A DNA stretch of 64,000 nt from Lytechinus pictus (Eukaryota): contig NC_087251.1 in assembly GCF_037042905.1 (NCBI RefSeq), positions 1,862,001 through 1,926,000 of the forward strand. Direction: 5' to 3'. Positions 1 to 13,134 of this stretch are shown here, one piece after another. The notes beneath the pieces are model-generated. The model was not told the origin of the DNA and made no database searches. It saw only the letters and a program-made list of their open reading frames with translations. How positions within the stretch are numbered: the stretch's first letter is position 1; the number at the start of each line of letters is the position of its first letter. The position numbers and the translations under genes are program-made.

Positions 1-1586
1 GGTGATATGTCAGTGTGGCTTGCCGCAAATACAGTTTCTCTCAATGCCGGCGGTTGCGGGCGGTGTGCAAAGAAGATCATGCCTACGTAGGACACGTCTG
101 GAGGTGTCTTTCCAAGGACCATTCTTCGTATCGCCCAAATCGGCTTTGTGAAACAGTTGAGCGATATCTCGTTCTTACGTAGAACGGTTCTACGAAAGAC
201 CATTTCATGCAACAGGCCCCTGTGTACTACATTGGCATACCAATAGTCCTACCTGTAGATTCCCCACAGGCAGGATGTTTGCAGTGGGCAAGTGCCTTGT
301 TCATTGAATGAGTGTCTATACGCGTCTTTGCAGCTAAGCTACGATAACAAAGATGGCAAGATGGTGACAATAACAGACTGTAAGTAAACACTCCTCTACT
401 TTTAATATTTTCTATTATTTCATGTTTAATTTTATTCAAGACTTTAGTGCCAAAAGCTTACAAATAGTATTGTAGCCCATTTACATAAGTTTGGGCTCAA
501 AACCCTAAAGAAAACAAGTATTTTGGAGCATTATTATTGTTGCCCAATTCATCAGTATGCGTAGAGAAATGGCATCCCGTCCCAGGCTCCGTGGAGAGAA
601 AGCCTAGATCAACATGTACGGATAGTAGAATGATTTTTACTCTCCAGGAGCCTCCTACTACGAGGTTAGTATACTAACTTTTAATACATACAATACATTG
701 TAGATCCTATATTAACCCAGGGAGCTCCGGCCCAAAGAAAAGGAAAAGTTAGACCTCTGTCGCATTCGTTCTCGGTATCGATCAACCATTTTGTTCTCAA
801 TTTTGACAGGAGAACGAACGAGACAGAACTGTCAGGATTCTGTGTCTCACGATAGACCTTCATCCACATAATCAAGGTAAGTGCATAATTTATGTTTTCC
901 CCTTTTATTTTCAGTGCTATTCACCCTTTACCCATATTAATTCCAGGACGGTACAAAATGTGGGCTTACAAAAGTGATATGATGATGAATATTCAACAAC
1001 AATATGAAAAATAATATAAACCAAAATAATATTAATAATTAACCCTTACAATGATAGCACTCAACAAAAAGAGAGGAATCGAGCCCTCCAGAGAAGAAGC
1101 AATAACCCCCCCCCCCCCCAAAAAAAGGCATATTTCCTTTCACCATACGACAAGATACAGTTCATTATAGAATAAACTAAGCTGATGGCGCTACTACAAT
1201 TATTATTGTGTATAAAATAATTAAAAAAAATATTGTGTCAGGGGAGAAAGAGACTACTATCGCTGGATCTCGGAGATCCGAAATAGAAGCATCACCGGAA
1301 ACAGGTATCTGTGGTGAGAAGCATTTTTATACAGCTCTGTAGAGGTCAGTGGTGTGGTCGCTTCCGTTAGCTTTCTTTAATTGAGCACAAGAGGGCGCGT
1401 TACATACTCTACGTAGAAGTCTATGCACTGCTGAGGATCATGACAAATTTCATCACACATTCCGACGATTTCTCGAAGAGTCTTCAAATAAATGACAATA
1501 TATCGTTGATTCCAAGATAAATTACAGCAACAACGGAAGGAAGATCAACGTTTGGTTCGGGGGGAAAGACTGGTGGTATTTACTTT

Positions 1587-3363
1587 TATGGCAGTGAGTC
1601 CAAACTTCGCGCGTGTCCATACTTCGCGGACGGTCATTATCTAAGAAACTAGCCAATATCCTTAAAATCTGACATCATCAACGTGAAAAGCGACCTAAAA
1701 TTACCCTTTGGTGTAAGTTTCTTTAGGATGAGTTCAGTATTCATGAAAATATTGGCAAAAGATCGGCAAATTTGTCACCGTTAGCGCCCGTTTTGAAGAA
1801 ATCTGATATTCTCAACACGCATCACAATATCACCATTTTGCAAGCAGAAATCATCAAACATGTGAGTTAAATGTGGTACAAACCAATTCTATAGCATTTT
1901 GCCATCAATCTGATATAATACACCTATGGGTACATTACCGCCGCCGTGCACAGGATAACCGCTGGCACGGCACTTGCAATAAGTTTTTTATTCTTATTTA
2001 AAAATTTGAAATTTATCTACATTTTACATGAAGTAAGCTTTGGATATGAATCTTACCGAACGATATGAAGCCAATTTCAATTCCTCTCTGTCTTTCTGGT
2101 ACTTTATATCGATGATTTTTCTTGATGTCGAAGCAGGCATGGCCCCGATTAGCTGGTTCTCTCTATACGCACAGAGAGGGCGCGCGATATTATTTAATAA
2201 ACTTGCTTGTTTACGTCGTTTACGTCAGATCAGCTGTACTGCTGGCTGCGTTCTAGGCGCTCCGCATTTTTTTCGCTGTTCAGCGTTATTTTATGATGTA
2301 GCGCCATCAGCGATTATACGTGACATGCAACCTGTTGATTTTTGGTACAATTTCCTATTATGCGCCGGCGACTTGAATCTAGACTGTTCGATAGGAAAAA
2401 TTCGCATTTCGATTGTTGTTTGCGTAATTTCCACCGCAGTATTAAGGATCGGACGGAGTAACTGGCTGAGATTTGGAGGTAAGCGTTTAAAATCAATTTT
2501 TATAGATAAGTTCGTGCTGATTTTTAAAATTAGATTACATTATAAGATTAAGATTACTAAATTTAGTATATTGTGAAGATTTAGGCGTGTTTTTAATTCT
2601 CACATTCGTGTGATGAATGAAAACGTCAAAATTCATTATGAAATGACATGCGTTGTGCGAGGTTCACTCATGGGATCAATGCATCTCGCGTGCGAAGGAT
2701 TCATATGCACATGGTGCACGCGAATTTTTCACACCCTTTTTACTAAAATAACTATGCCATTCCTTTTAAAATAATGTTTCTAATTGTGCTATGACACTTA
2801 CCGAACCATATGGATCGTTTCTTGACTTCTCTTTGGTGTGTTTTTAAGAAAAAATAAGCATTTTCTCGTGATCTTCACGTAGATACCGCAGGGTCATCGT
2901 GGTTGTAAACTTTTGCTTAAAGAGGGCGCGCGATATTATTCACAAGATGTTTGTTTACGGTTCTGCAGCTTGTACTGCTAGCTGCATTTTAGACGCTCAG
3001 CATTATTTTCCTCTTTCTGTTTTTTTTTTTGCTGTCAAGCGGTATTTTCTATTGTAGCGCCATCAGCGATGATGAAATGTAAAGAGTCGCCTTGAAATGA
3101 AGAAAAATTATGTCACATTAATTTGTTAGTTTGTTTCCTATTTTTTTGCACTTTTTTCTTCTTCCTCATCTATGATCAAAGGTGAATACCTTTTTTTTTT
3201 ATATCTGTTCTAAAAGCTGGACATTTTAAATAAATTAATTGTTGTAAATAAATCAACAGGATAGTAATCAAAATGCGATAGAGCTGCCCGAGCTGAAAAT
3301 TCTGATACAAGGACTTGAAAATAGAACATTCTGAGCACTTTTTATAACCATGATGAGGAGACC

Positions 3364-3396
<33 letters not shown>

Positions 3397-5290
3397 GAAA
3401 TAAGCTAACACGAAAAAAAGACGTTTTGGGGACTGTTAAATAAGAATTCATGAGTGGGATAGGTAACTATCTATTCTATTCTTGTTCGTTTTCTATTATT
3501 ATTTGTGTGTTGTGCTTATTTTTCTTGAAGCACCAAAAGGTGGACATGTCCGCTAAGATATATTAACGAAGTCACCATTATTATCACAAGCTAACGGATC
3601 AAAATGCGAGCGTGAAACGTGAGCTTCTTTTTTTCTTAATTCAGTCTTAACGATACTTTTTCATCATATTTTAAAGGTGAATCTCATGATTCAAAATGAT
3701 AAATGCTTGTCGCACGGGCAGAAATAGCGGGACCAATAGTTATTTTCAATATTCCGAACTGCATTCTGGACGTTGTATAAGCGCCTTTGTATAACAATTA
3801 AAAGGGTAGGCCTATTTACCTTACAAATTATGCGAGCGCTGAACTTTTGGACAATTAAACCTCAACAAATGGACATTTTAAAAATATATTATGAACAACA
3901 TCCTAAATGTCACTTACAAAAATGATGCCAGCGCGAAGCTCGCGCTTAGAGTTTTTGATATTGATGACAGGACTGTATCTAAATGAAAAATAATGCGAGG
4001 GCATTTGCGCTTAAGATTTAAATTTGGGATTTGAAAAGTCCGACAGATTACCTATACTTTTAAAAGAGGAATGACCTCCAGAATTCAAGCGCGAAGCGCC
4101 AGTAGATTTATGTTGAAGTTTAGACCTAGAACAGGGACGCTGAACCTTTATAATCATGAAAAAGATGGTATTTTTATAAATAAAACATGGGAGTCTAATT
4201 TTGTTTTAGTGTTAATATTCAGATCTTCAAACTTGACATTTTCCTATCCCCTTCATCATCCCCTCTCCTCCCTTTCCCCATTTTCGTTCTCCCTTCTTTT
4301 CTTCTCCCTTTCCCTTCCCTTTTTCGCTTTTCCTTTCCCTTCTTTTCTTTCCTTTCTCCCTCCCCTACTCTTTTCTCGCTCTTTCCATTTTTCTTTCCCT
4401 CTCCCTTCCCCTCTTCCTTTCTTTTGTTTTCTTTCTATTTTATGGTCTCCTTTTCCCTCTCTCTCCTCTACCTTTCCCCCTCCCCTTTCCCTTTCCCTCT
4501 CCTTTTTTGTGCAAACATTAACACGAACATCTTGCTTCCTACACACACACATTTTTGGTACAATTTCCTATTATGCGCCGACGACTTGAATCGAGAATGT
4601 TCGATAGGAAAATTTTGCATTTCGATTGTTGTTTGCGTAATTTCCACCGCAGTATGAGGATGACTAAGGACGGATCGAACGAAGTATCCTGGTTGAGATT
4701 TGGAGGTAAGCAATAAAAACACTTTAACAAATAATTTATAGGCCTAATTCCTTTTTCAAATAAACTTAAACCATACGATCAAGATTAACATAGTGGACAA
4801 ATATTGAAAGGTTTGGCGTAGTTTAGTCCCTCACATTCGTGTGATGAATGAAAACGTCAAAATGCACTATGAAATCACATGTGTTGTGCGAGGTTAGTAT
4901 ACTAACCTCGCATGTTGTGTGAGTGTGCGAGGTTAGTATACTAACCTCGCATGTTGTGTGAGTGATATGAATATGACACTTTTTGAGCTTGAGTTTTTGT
5001 TTAAATGTCCACAAAAACTTTGGTCCGCGAAGTTAGGTCACACTTTTTCTAAACGCTGTTCCAGCACAGCGCGCATTCGCCGATCGGAAAATAATTTTGA
5101 GATCGCGATACCGGCGAATCCCCTTGACCTACTTTACATTTTTGTCCATGATTTTATAGTTTACGATCTTGCCATCAATGTGGTAACTATTTCTTGAATT
5201 GGTTTTGTATAAATTATGAATATTTTGTGAAAAAATTTAAGCCTGATGAATATTTTTGAAAAGTGCGCGAAGTTTGGACACCCCATCATA
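1587..5290. mobile_element. Degenerate non-autonomous DNA transposon (~3.7 kb) with short TIRs and internal duplications, in RSPH9 intron 1
   Basis: GTCCAAACTTCGCGC at ~1598 is inverted as GCGCGAAGTTTGGAC at ~5265. Subterminal ACTTCGCGGAC / GTCCGCGAAGT at ~1621 and ~5023. Internal direct repeats ~2340-2680 vs ~4553-4900 and ~2175-2312 vs ~2921-3070. Confidence 0.55.
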
Positions 5291-5590
5291 ACATTTTTAT
5301 AACAAATTTTGTCTATGAGTACACCTCACATAGGCCTACCTCTAGTTCCATCCCCTACCTTTTGCTGTAGGCCTATGGCAAATGGTCGGGGATGACGAGT
5401 GATTTTACCCCATTTTGGAGAGCATATGTCCTCGTATTACATGGACGAGTCCTGGGCTCCGCCTCGCGAAGCGGGCCGGAGCTCCCTGCGCGCTGCGTTT
5501 ATTTAGCCCGACGTGAATTTGCTAACACAGTAACACAAATGACAGCATATGGGACTAGCGACAAGTTAAAGTAGATTTTGTAGTTTTTAC

Positions 5591-5817
5591 CTGTAAAGGG
5601 TTTTCCTGTCGACCATTTCGTCGTTTCCACATCCTTGGGCAATAAAGTAGTCACCCTTTATACCCATGATTTTCCCCCAAAAGAAGACACGGCTAAATTT
5701 GTAGTTATTTTGGAGGATAACGAGCGATGTCTGAAGTGCAGCGCTCTGTTCTGCGCTCAGCACAGTGCCACAGGATCCAACATAACTGATGTTCAAATGA
5801 AGCCCTTCCGAATCCAT
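5591..5817 (-). CDS. RSPH9: Radial spoke head protein 9, first coding exon (rest of gene lies left of window)
   Basis: ATG at 5817 gives MDSEGLHLNISYVGSCGTVLSAEQSAALQTSLVILQNNYKFSRVFFWGKIMGIKGDYFIAQG...RKTLY, matching the RSPH9 N-terminus (FWGKI.GI..DYFIAQG). Ends at phase-2 donor AG|GTAAAA. No further RSPH9 exon recognised in 1-5590. Confidence 0.93.
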
Positions 5818-6129
5818 CGTAATATTTTGTCTCCAAGAAATCCTCAAAGGGGTATATATTCTTTAAATGAACTCTGATGTATGCAAGAAAGAGTTTTTAC
5901 ACCTGAAATCAAACGTTTTATGGTGGGAACACATCGGTCGTCTCGTCCAGTTGCTCAATGCTCAATCAATTGTTTTGATGTCGTCATGGAGCTCTGCGCA
6001 TGCGCTGTAGTCGGGTACTCTCGAGCTCGAGCATAATGCCAAAGTGGGGGGGGGGGGGGGGGGCAAAAAGAATGTATGTTTTTTGTTCAGTTATGCTTCC
6101 AAGGGCAAAGTTAACGAACATTGACAAAG

Positions 6130-6530
6130 ATAATGATAATAATAATAATAGGCATTTATATAGCGCCATCTATCTAGAAATATTCTATTCCGAGGCGCAC
6201 AAGAAAAGAAAGAAAGAAAGTTTGGATGAGTGTCAAAGTGCCAATACCTAATACTGTTACAAAAGATAAGACTTCAGTTTAGATTTGAAGGTCTCCAGTG
6301 ATGGTATCATTCTTAAATATAACGGCAAATTATTCCAGAGAGAAGGTGCTGAGGCAGAGAAAGCTCGCGCACCATATGCTATACGTGTCTTGGGAGACTT
6401 GAAGTTGCTGGTGTGATGATCTTAGGCTACGAGCTGGTGTATAAGGCATGACAAGGTCTTGTAGATATGTTGGTGCCAAACCATTTAACAGTGAGAAGAA
6501 GTATTATAAATTCTATACGCTTCCGGATTG
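6130..6530 (-). mobile_element. L2/CR1-clade LINE 3' fragment with (ATT)n tail
   Basis: Minus strand reads GARAFSASAPSLWNNLP..R..PSLETFKSKLKSYL, a typical L2 ORF2 C-terminus, followed by a tail ending in an AAT repeat. Confidence 0.7.
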
Positions 6531-6695
6531 ATCACTTTCCTTCTAACTACTTTTCCTAATTCTCTTCTTATTTACACTTCTCCTTCCTTTTAATTTGCTT
6601 GTTTTATCTATTCACATTCCAGAAAATATAGGCTATAATTCTTCTTGAACACATATCATGATGATACGAGGGAATTAACTCATCAAAAACATTAA

Positions 6696-7304
6696 AGGTC
6701 AAATCCACCCCCCAGAATCTGTTGATTTGAATAAATAGAAAAAAATCAAACGAGCATAACTCTGAAAATTTAATCAAATTCGGATGTAAAATAAGAAAGT
6801 TGTGACATTTTAAAGTTTCTCTTATTTTCCACAAAACATTGATATGCACAACTCAGTGACATGCAAATGAGACAGTCAATGATGGCCCTCACTCACTATT
6901 TCTGTTGTTTTTTATTGATTGAATTATACAATATTTCATTTTTTCTTCCTTTTTTATACAGATTTGACAATTAAGGACCAACTTGATTGAACCATACAGT
7001 ATTAAACAATGCTTATTCTAAATGTTCAGGGAGGAATTAATTGTTGTTTCACAGGGCAACAGGGAGAAAATTGAAATATTTCATATAATAAAATACAAAA
7101 GAAATAGTGAGTGAGTGATGTCATCAGTCTCCTCATTTTCATAACGACAAGGATGTCAATATAACCGTTTTGTGAAATTAAGCGGAACTTTAAATGTCAT
7201 AACTTTCTTACGTTACATCCGATTTTGATGAAATTTTCAGTGTTATGTTTGTTGGATATTTCTCTTTTTATTCAAATCAACTTTTGTTGGGGTGGACTTT
7301 TCCT
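6696..7304. mobile_element. TTAA-flanked MITE (Kolobok-like, AGG...CCT termini)
   Basis: TTAA|AGGTCAAATCCACCCC ... GGGGTGGACTTTTCCT|TTAA, with long imperfect TIRs (AATCAAATTCGGATGTAA / TTACATCCGATTTTGAT). Confidence 0.8.
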
Positions 7305-7726
7305 TTAATAATTTATTTATTTGCTTTCATATTTGTCATTTCTTATTCACACTAAGATATAGGGGTTCAAATTTGAACCCTAAGCCAAGGGTTGGTACAA
7401 TAGCAGCACCTCAAAGGGTGCTAATTAGTGCAATTTTGCTTATTTTGTGCACCTTTAAGGGTGCAATTAACTATATTAAGTACCACATAGGGTGCAAAAA
7501 TGAACCATGCAATAAGGGTTCAAATTTGAACTTTTTTATGTCAAACACTATGCACCTCAAATTTGCACCTTTTAGGGAGCAAACGAGCATTTCTTGGTGC
7601 AAATAAAAATAACAAAGTGCATTTTTGCACCTTTTTCCACTTAGGGTGTAAGATTTAAATATTTGAAATAAATAAATAAATAAATAAAAAATAAAGATTA
7701 CACCCCAAAAGGTAGGTACAAAATAT

Positions 7727-7829
7727 CATTGGCGGCGGAGCAGAGGATTATCTTTGTGTTTGGGGGGGACGCAACAATACGCCCCCCCCCCCCAAACACA
7801 AAAGATAATCCTCTGCTCCGCCGCCAATG
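7727..7829. mobile_element. 103-bp hairpin MITE, hAT-like, 8-bp TSD
   Basis: CATTGGCGGCGGAGCAGAGGATTATCTTT ... AAAGATAATCCTCTGCTCCGCCGCCAATG, flanked on both sides by CAAAATAT. Confidence 0.85.
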
Positions 7830-7959
7830 CAAAATATTCATTTAGGGTTAAACAATGTATTAAAGTGTTGTATTTACAACGCTAAAAGCCTATCATATTT
7901 ATTTACATAATTATAATTTTCTGATAATTTTTAACCACGTAAATAACATAACTAGACAT

Positions 7960-8075
7960 TTGAAAGTCAGGGGTTCGATCCCCGGCCACGGCTCTAACCA
8001 CCAGTGCTCTTTTATCCTATATTTAAATAAATGGGAATGCTATATGTATTCTTGGTAACTAGGTGTGCACTTGTT
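7960..8075 (+). mobile_element. tRNA-derived SINE remnant
   Basis: B-box-like GGGGTTCGATCCCCGGCC followed by a degenerate body. Confidence 0.4.
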
Positions 8076-8189
8076 TTGGGGTTTTTTAAAGTTCTCAATA
8101 AGGAAAGTACCAAATTAATAACTTTTCGTGCCAATAGGACAATTGGCGTACAAGTTCAAGTTTTATTTAAACCAATCAAATAATAAACA

Positions 8190-9190
8190 TGTTACATAGA
8201 TTGAAAAAAAAAATGATATGACATGATAGGATTGGGACCCCATAGAAGCACATCTTGTGAAAGGGCCCCTTAATGAAACAAATAAAGTAAATTATATAGA
8301 ACATTACAACAAGAATATTGATGGAAAAATATTTACAATGATAATTAAGAAAGTAAATAAGAAAAATACATACATGAATCCACACACATACACACATCCT
8401 CAAGTTTCAAGATTTCGTAATCTCTCAAGTAAATATTTTCGACATAGGCAGTGTTGGACTGGATCTGATGCTTTATGGTAACTTATTCCATTCTTTGATA
8501 CAAACTATCACAAAAAGAATTCAAAGCATTTTTGTTCTTGCGAGTGGTTGATGGATAAGATTTCTCTGACATGTATTGTACATACGGTCCTTTGAGTTAA
8601 CAACAAATGCATCTTTAAAAAAGAACAATTTTGAGAGGATTGTGATTTGTACACAAATGTCAAACAATTCAAGGAGACTAAATCACCAATAGGCAGAATC
8701 TTCAGTTGCAGAAATGAAGGTATACTTGGACTTCTGTAATGCTAGTATGTCATGAGCCTGATAACTTACTTCTGAAGAATTGGTAGCTTGTTTAAATGGT
8801 TCCTATAGATATTTCCCCATGCAACATTACAATGAATTATGTGTGGCGTAATAATAGCATTGTAAAGAGTTACTAAAGTTTGCTGAGGTAACGAGAAACG
8901 TAACTTATAAATCACACCAACACTCCTTGATACCTTGGCACAAACATAACTGAGGTGATTTTTCCATGATAAGTGATCGTCAACTACAACTCCCAGAAAT
9001 CTTACATCTTGGCTTCGATTGATCTGATGACCTCCTATTGATAATGTATTAATATCATCAGGGATTCTTTTACCCCTTGTTCTAAAAACAACATATTGTG
9101 TTTTACTAGCATTTAATATAAGTTTGTTACAGCAAAACCACTTGACTATATTTTGTTTGTTGAAAATATAAGATTATGCATATCTTTATG
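8190..9190 (-). mobile_element. Degraded CR1-type LINE ORF2 3' fragment
   Basis: Minus strand has LILNASKTQYVVF, FLGVVVDDHLSWKNH, TLYNAIITPHIIHCNVAWG, LQK.VIRL; interrupted by stops. Confidence 0.75.
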
Positions 9191-10949
9191 ATGGGGAAGT
9201 AAGATTGGGGGCCCTGGGGGCAATGGACCCCAACATTTTTACGATGTAGCAAAAACAAAGAGAAAAGGAAAGGAAAATATGAGATATATTTTCTAATATG
9301 TCAAAATCTATAACAAAATTGGATTTTCATTTTAAACAGGACAATTTTTTGCGCTTTGCTATGGACGGGCACGATTAGTGTGGATTCAGGAAAAAAAAGC
9401 GATAAATAATAAAGGTCCAGCTGTTATAGTAATATCGTTATTCAGTGACGAAATGAGGCATATTAACACATTAAATGAGGAGGCACAATACGGTGTGTGT
9501 GACAAAATGTCTTAAAGTCCAGGGCCAGCGAGGCGATCGAGCAATCATTTTTTATAGACCTTTTTAAAGTGAAAATCTAATTTTTGCGATAGATATTGAC
9601 ATAATATTCAGAAAATAACATTATATCTTACATCTTTTCCTTTAATTTATTTTTCTTGGTCTCGGAACTTTTTTGGGGTAACATGCCTCCCCCTCCCCCA
9701 TCTGCATGTATGCCAGTTATTATTATATAAGCACGGCAAGATACTATGCACCTTATATGCCACACCGGAAATTGCGGAAATTCACACTTTCATGCAACAA
9801 TCTTCTTGGAATCAGAAACAATGTGTAATTATGGGTCCATTTTCATGAAAAACCATGGATAACATTTCTATAATAAGAACGCGTTAACTAGTTTGTAAAT
9901 TATTTTTTAGTCATGTTCACAATTTTCGTTTTTCAGTAATTGAAGGGTTTTGGAAATAAAACAGAGCCTTTCAATTTAATCAACTATTTCATTAGATCAT
10001 ATTGTTCATAACTATGTAATAAACATGGTAAAACAGTGTTGAAGTTTGCGGGCAATGAATGAGCATCCAAAATGATTTTCAACGACAAAAGCTGCCTCAA
10101 AACAGCGGAGTCGACGGAAACATGAATACAAAATCATTTAAAGTTTAATTTGCAATTAAATGAACTCTGAACATTATAAAGATTGCATTTAGATTTCATT
10201 CAGAAACTATTAACGTATGGAAGGATAGCAGTTGAATTTACTGAAAGAATAATCTTTTTGAAGACTGTACATTCATAATATGCGAGGACAGGTGAAAGAT
10301 CAAACATTAAGACAGTTACATCACTAATACAACAAACGCGGATGAAGCTGCTTTTGATATAAATATTTTAGATCAGATTATTCATTAGAATTGATTCTTA
10401 TTTAACCAGTATAGTCATTTCAGTTCTTATTAACTAGATTATTGTGTTGATAAAAGTAGCAAATATTGACAAATGAATCCCAGTTATTATGAATAAATTA
10501 GCATTTCGAATACAGAAACTATCAATTTTTCATCAATTATTGTTAATTTATAACCGATCTTAATTAAGTGCTTAAAGGGAAGTCAACGGTCCGGTGCCGG
10601 GTAAAAATGGCAGAGGTAAAAATGGCAGTGGTAATAATGGCAGAGGTAAAAATGGCAGAGGTAAAAATGGCAAAGGTAAAAATGGCAGAGGTAAAAATGG
10701 CAGAGGTAATAATGGCAGAGGTAAAAATGGCAGAGGTAAAAAATGACAGAGGTAAAGATCATGACATGCTACATCAACAAGGAAGACAGAGCCTTTTCGG
10801 TTAATATCAGTCATAATTATTGAACTTGAATGGACTCCTCTCGACGAAATGAGTATTATGAACTGATTAGATATAATATGGATTTTTTTTTGTCATCGTT
10901 TTAGGCCTATACTTTATCGTTGGTAAGATTAAACTCAAACATTTTCATG

Positions 10950-11172
10950 CAGTGGCGTACCTAGGATTTTCCACAGGGGGGGGGGGCAAATTCGTCAAAA
11001 ATTGACAAGCAAAAAAAAAGGTCTTCAACCACGAATAAAGGATTTCGTACCAGAAAAAAATTAGACAAGTAAAAAAAGGGGTCTTGATGACTCGTCAAGG
11101 GGGCAGGGATATGTCAAATGCGTGGGTTGTGACTCGTCAGGGGCTGCCCCCCCCCCCCTAGGTACGCTAGTG
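10950..11172. mobile_element. hAT-like MITE with 8-bp TSD, nested in the foldback element
   Basis: TTTTCATG|CAGTGGCGTACCTAGG ... CCTAGGTACGCTAGTG|TTTTCATG. Confidence 0.85.
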
Positions 11173-11650
11173 TTTTCATGCCAAAATGATTTCAATTAGT
11201 GATTGATGAAAGGATTTATCTTGGCCAGTTCGTATAGTAGAACAGCACTTCATCCCATACATACCCAACAAATGTAAACACCAATGTAAGTTACCATTAA
11301 CACACTGAAATAGACAAGTTCGGGTTTTCTTTGAACCACTTGCATAACTTGGATAACAGAAAAATAATAAAACGCTCTGTAATAAAAGTAATTTTTATAT
11401 TTCAACATCATAATTTATCCAAATAGATATTGATATGTTACACATGTAGTTTAATGTAAATGATATCATAATAGCAACTAGTGTTAAGTTTTTTAGAGCA
11501 ATACCTCATTGCACCTACTCCAAGTGGATGTCAGGTTCCTAAACTAGTTTCTATGGTAACGGTTACCGCATGAATTTTGAAATGTGTAGCGAATCAGGGA
11601 TTTAAATTTATAGGTGTTTCTTAGGTACCATTCTATTGACCTATTTTTAA

Positions 11651-12132
11651 GTGAAAATTCACCCTGACAATTTTTTTACTGTAAAATTAGCAAAAAAATA
11701 TATTGGTGGTTTGCGGAAAGTCCATCAAAGATTAAGAAAGTTATTAGAAGTTTGAGTTTTGACCTGGGACTTCATATACTAGCAGCTGCCCCGTATTTTA
11801 TGCACCAAATTATATACTTTTCAATTTTTTAATCAGTGGTTCATGATTGCCAAAAAATTCTTTCAGGGGCGGACGTGAAATGATTTATATGATGATATAC
11901 TTAAGGTCCAATAAAAACCCATTTTCATTTTTTGGACGAAAATGACATTCCATTTATATTTTTCATTACACCATATGTGGGGAAAACTGCTCGGAAATGA
12001 CGTCACAGTTAAAATGTAAAATTCTAATAGCTTTTTAAATCTTTGATGGATTTCCTAAAACCCCCACCAATATCATTTTAATTATTTTCTGCTATTTCTA
12101 CAATAATCTTTATGTCAGTGTGAATTTCCCCT
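11651..12132. mobile_element. Degenerate Kolobok-like MITE
   Basis: GAAAATTCACCCTGACA ... TGTCAGTGTGAATTTC inverted ends; internal CCATCAAAGATT / ATCTTTGATGG inverted pair. Confidence 0.5.
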
Positions 12133-13067
12133 GTAATGAATTAAGTATAATACTTGGGATCCATTGTGTGCTTCAAATTTAAAAAGTAGAAGAGCGATTT
12201 GACATGAGAAGGCCTTGCATGTAAGTCCAGGAAAAAATAAGAAATACCAGCTCAAGTGTTATCAATTTGGTCTAGAAGATCTATAGTATCATTTAAAAAT
12301 GTTACCCTTTCCATTAGTCAAACATTATAATTCCAATTTTCTTCTCAGAACCTTTTTTTATTTAATCTACTGTATACATGGAGGGGATTTTGGATTTTTT
12401 GGCATGGGGGTTTAAGACTGACCATTTATACCTCTGTCATTTTTACCTCTGCCATTATTACCTCTGCCATTATTACCGCTGTCATTTATACCTCTGCCAT
12501 TTTTACCTTTGCCATTTTTACCTTTAAAATAAATACTAGCGACAAGTGGGTGGGTGGGGGAGGGGGGTCGCGTTAGGGTATAGATGTATTCTCTTGCATT
12601 CTTTTTGTTGTTTTTCATTATTGTTTAGCTCAATTATTTCTAATGTATAATTCTATTTTATATAATGTACAGTAACTGTTGTTATGTCATGTTATGTACA
12701 GTAACTGTTGTTACGTATTCTCTGGACCCCAGGGAAGAACAGTTTTGTTATATTAACAAAGCTGAGTGGGTTTATCCAGCCATCTCACTATACTTCTGAT
12801 GTTATTATGTACATACATTTACCTTGTATTGTTTTTAACATTGTGATATGGAAAATAAATACCAATACCAATACCTCTGCCATTTTTACCTCTGCCACTT
12901 TTACACCGAGCCCCATGGTCCACCTTAAAGTTGTTTTTTAACCCAGAAGAGTGACAGATATAACTTTGAAGAATTTCCACCACAGAACAATAAAGTTGCG
13001 ATTTCAAAAATTCTTTGATTTAGAGACGTCACATAATAACCAGCCTTCCATGTTATTTTACGTCAGG

Positions 13068-13069
<2 letters not shown>

Positions 13070-13131
<62 letters not shown>
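13070..13131. repeat. (TA)n microsatellite
   Basis: About 30 TA units. Confidence 0.95.

Positions 13132-13134
<3 letters not shown>

Larger units (their letters stand above)
10593..12912. mobile_element. Foldback (TU/Mutator-like) element with 15-bp (GGTAAAAATGGCAGA)n arms; contains nested MITEs
   Basis: Left arm ~10600-10756; inverted arm at 12421-12523 and 12872-12905. GG...CC termini. Flanks CAACGGTCC / CCATGGTCC (7/9 match, degenerate TSD). Confidence 0.65.

Noticed and set aside
2040..2576. 178-aa ORF
   Set aside because: Lies in duplicated transposon interior; no recognisable domain.
4071..4589. F/S/L/P-rich and K/E/R/G-rich ORFs (also 38061-38510, 58600-58999, 60212-60442)
   Set aside because: Polypurine/polypyrimidine low-complexity tracts within MITEs or introns.
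10568..10814. MAEVK / LPLPF repeat ORFs
   Set aside because: Translations of a 15-bp tandem arm.
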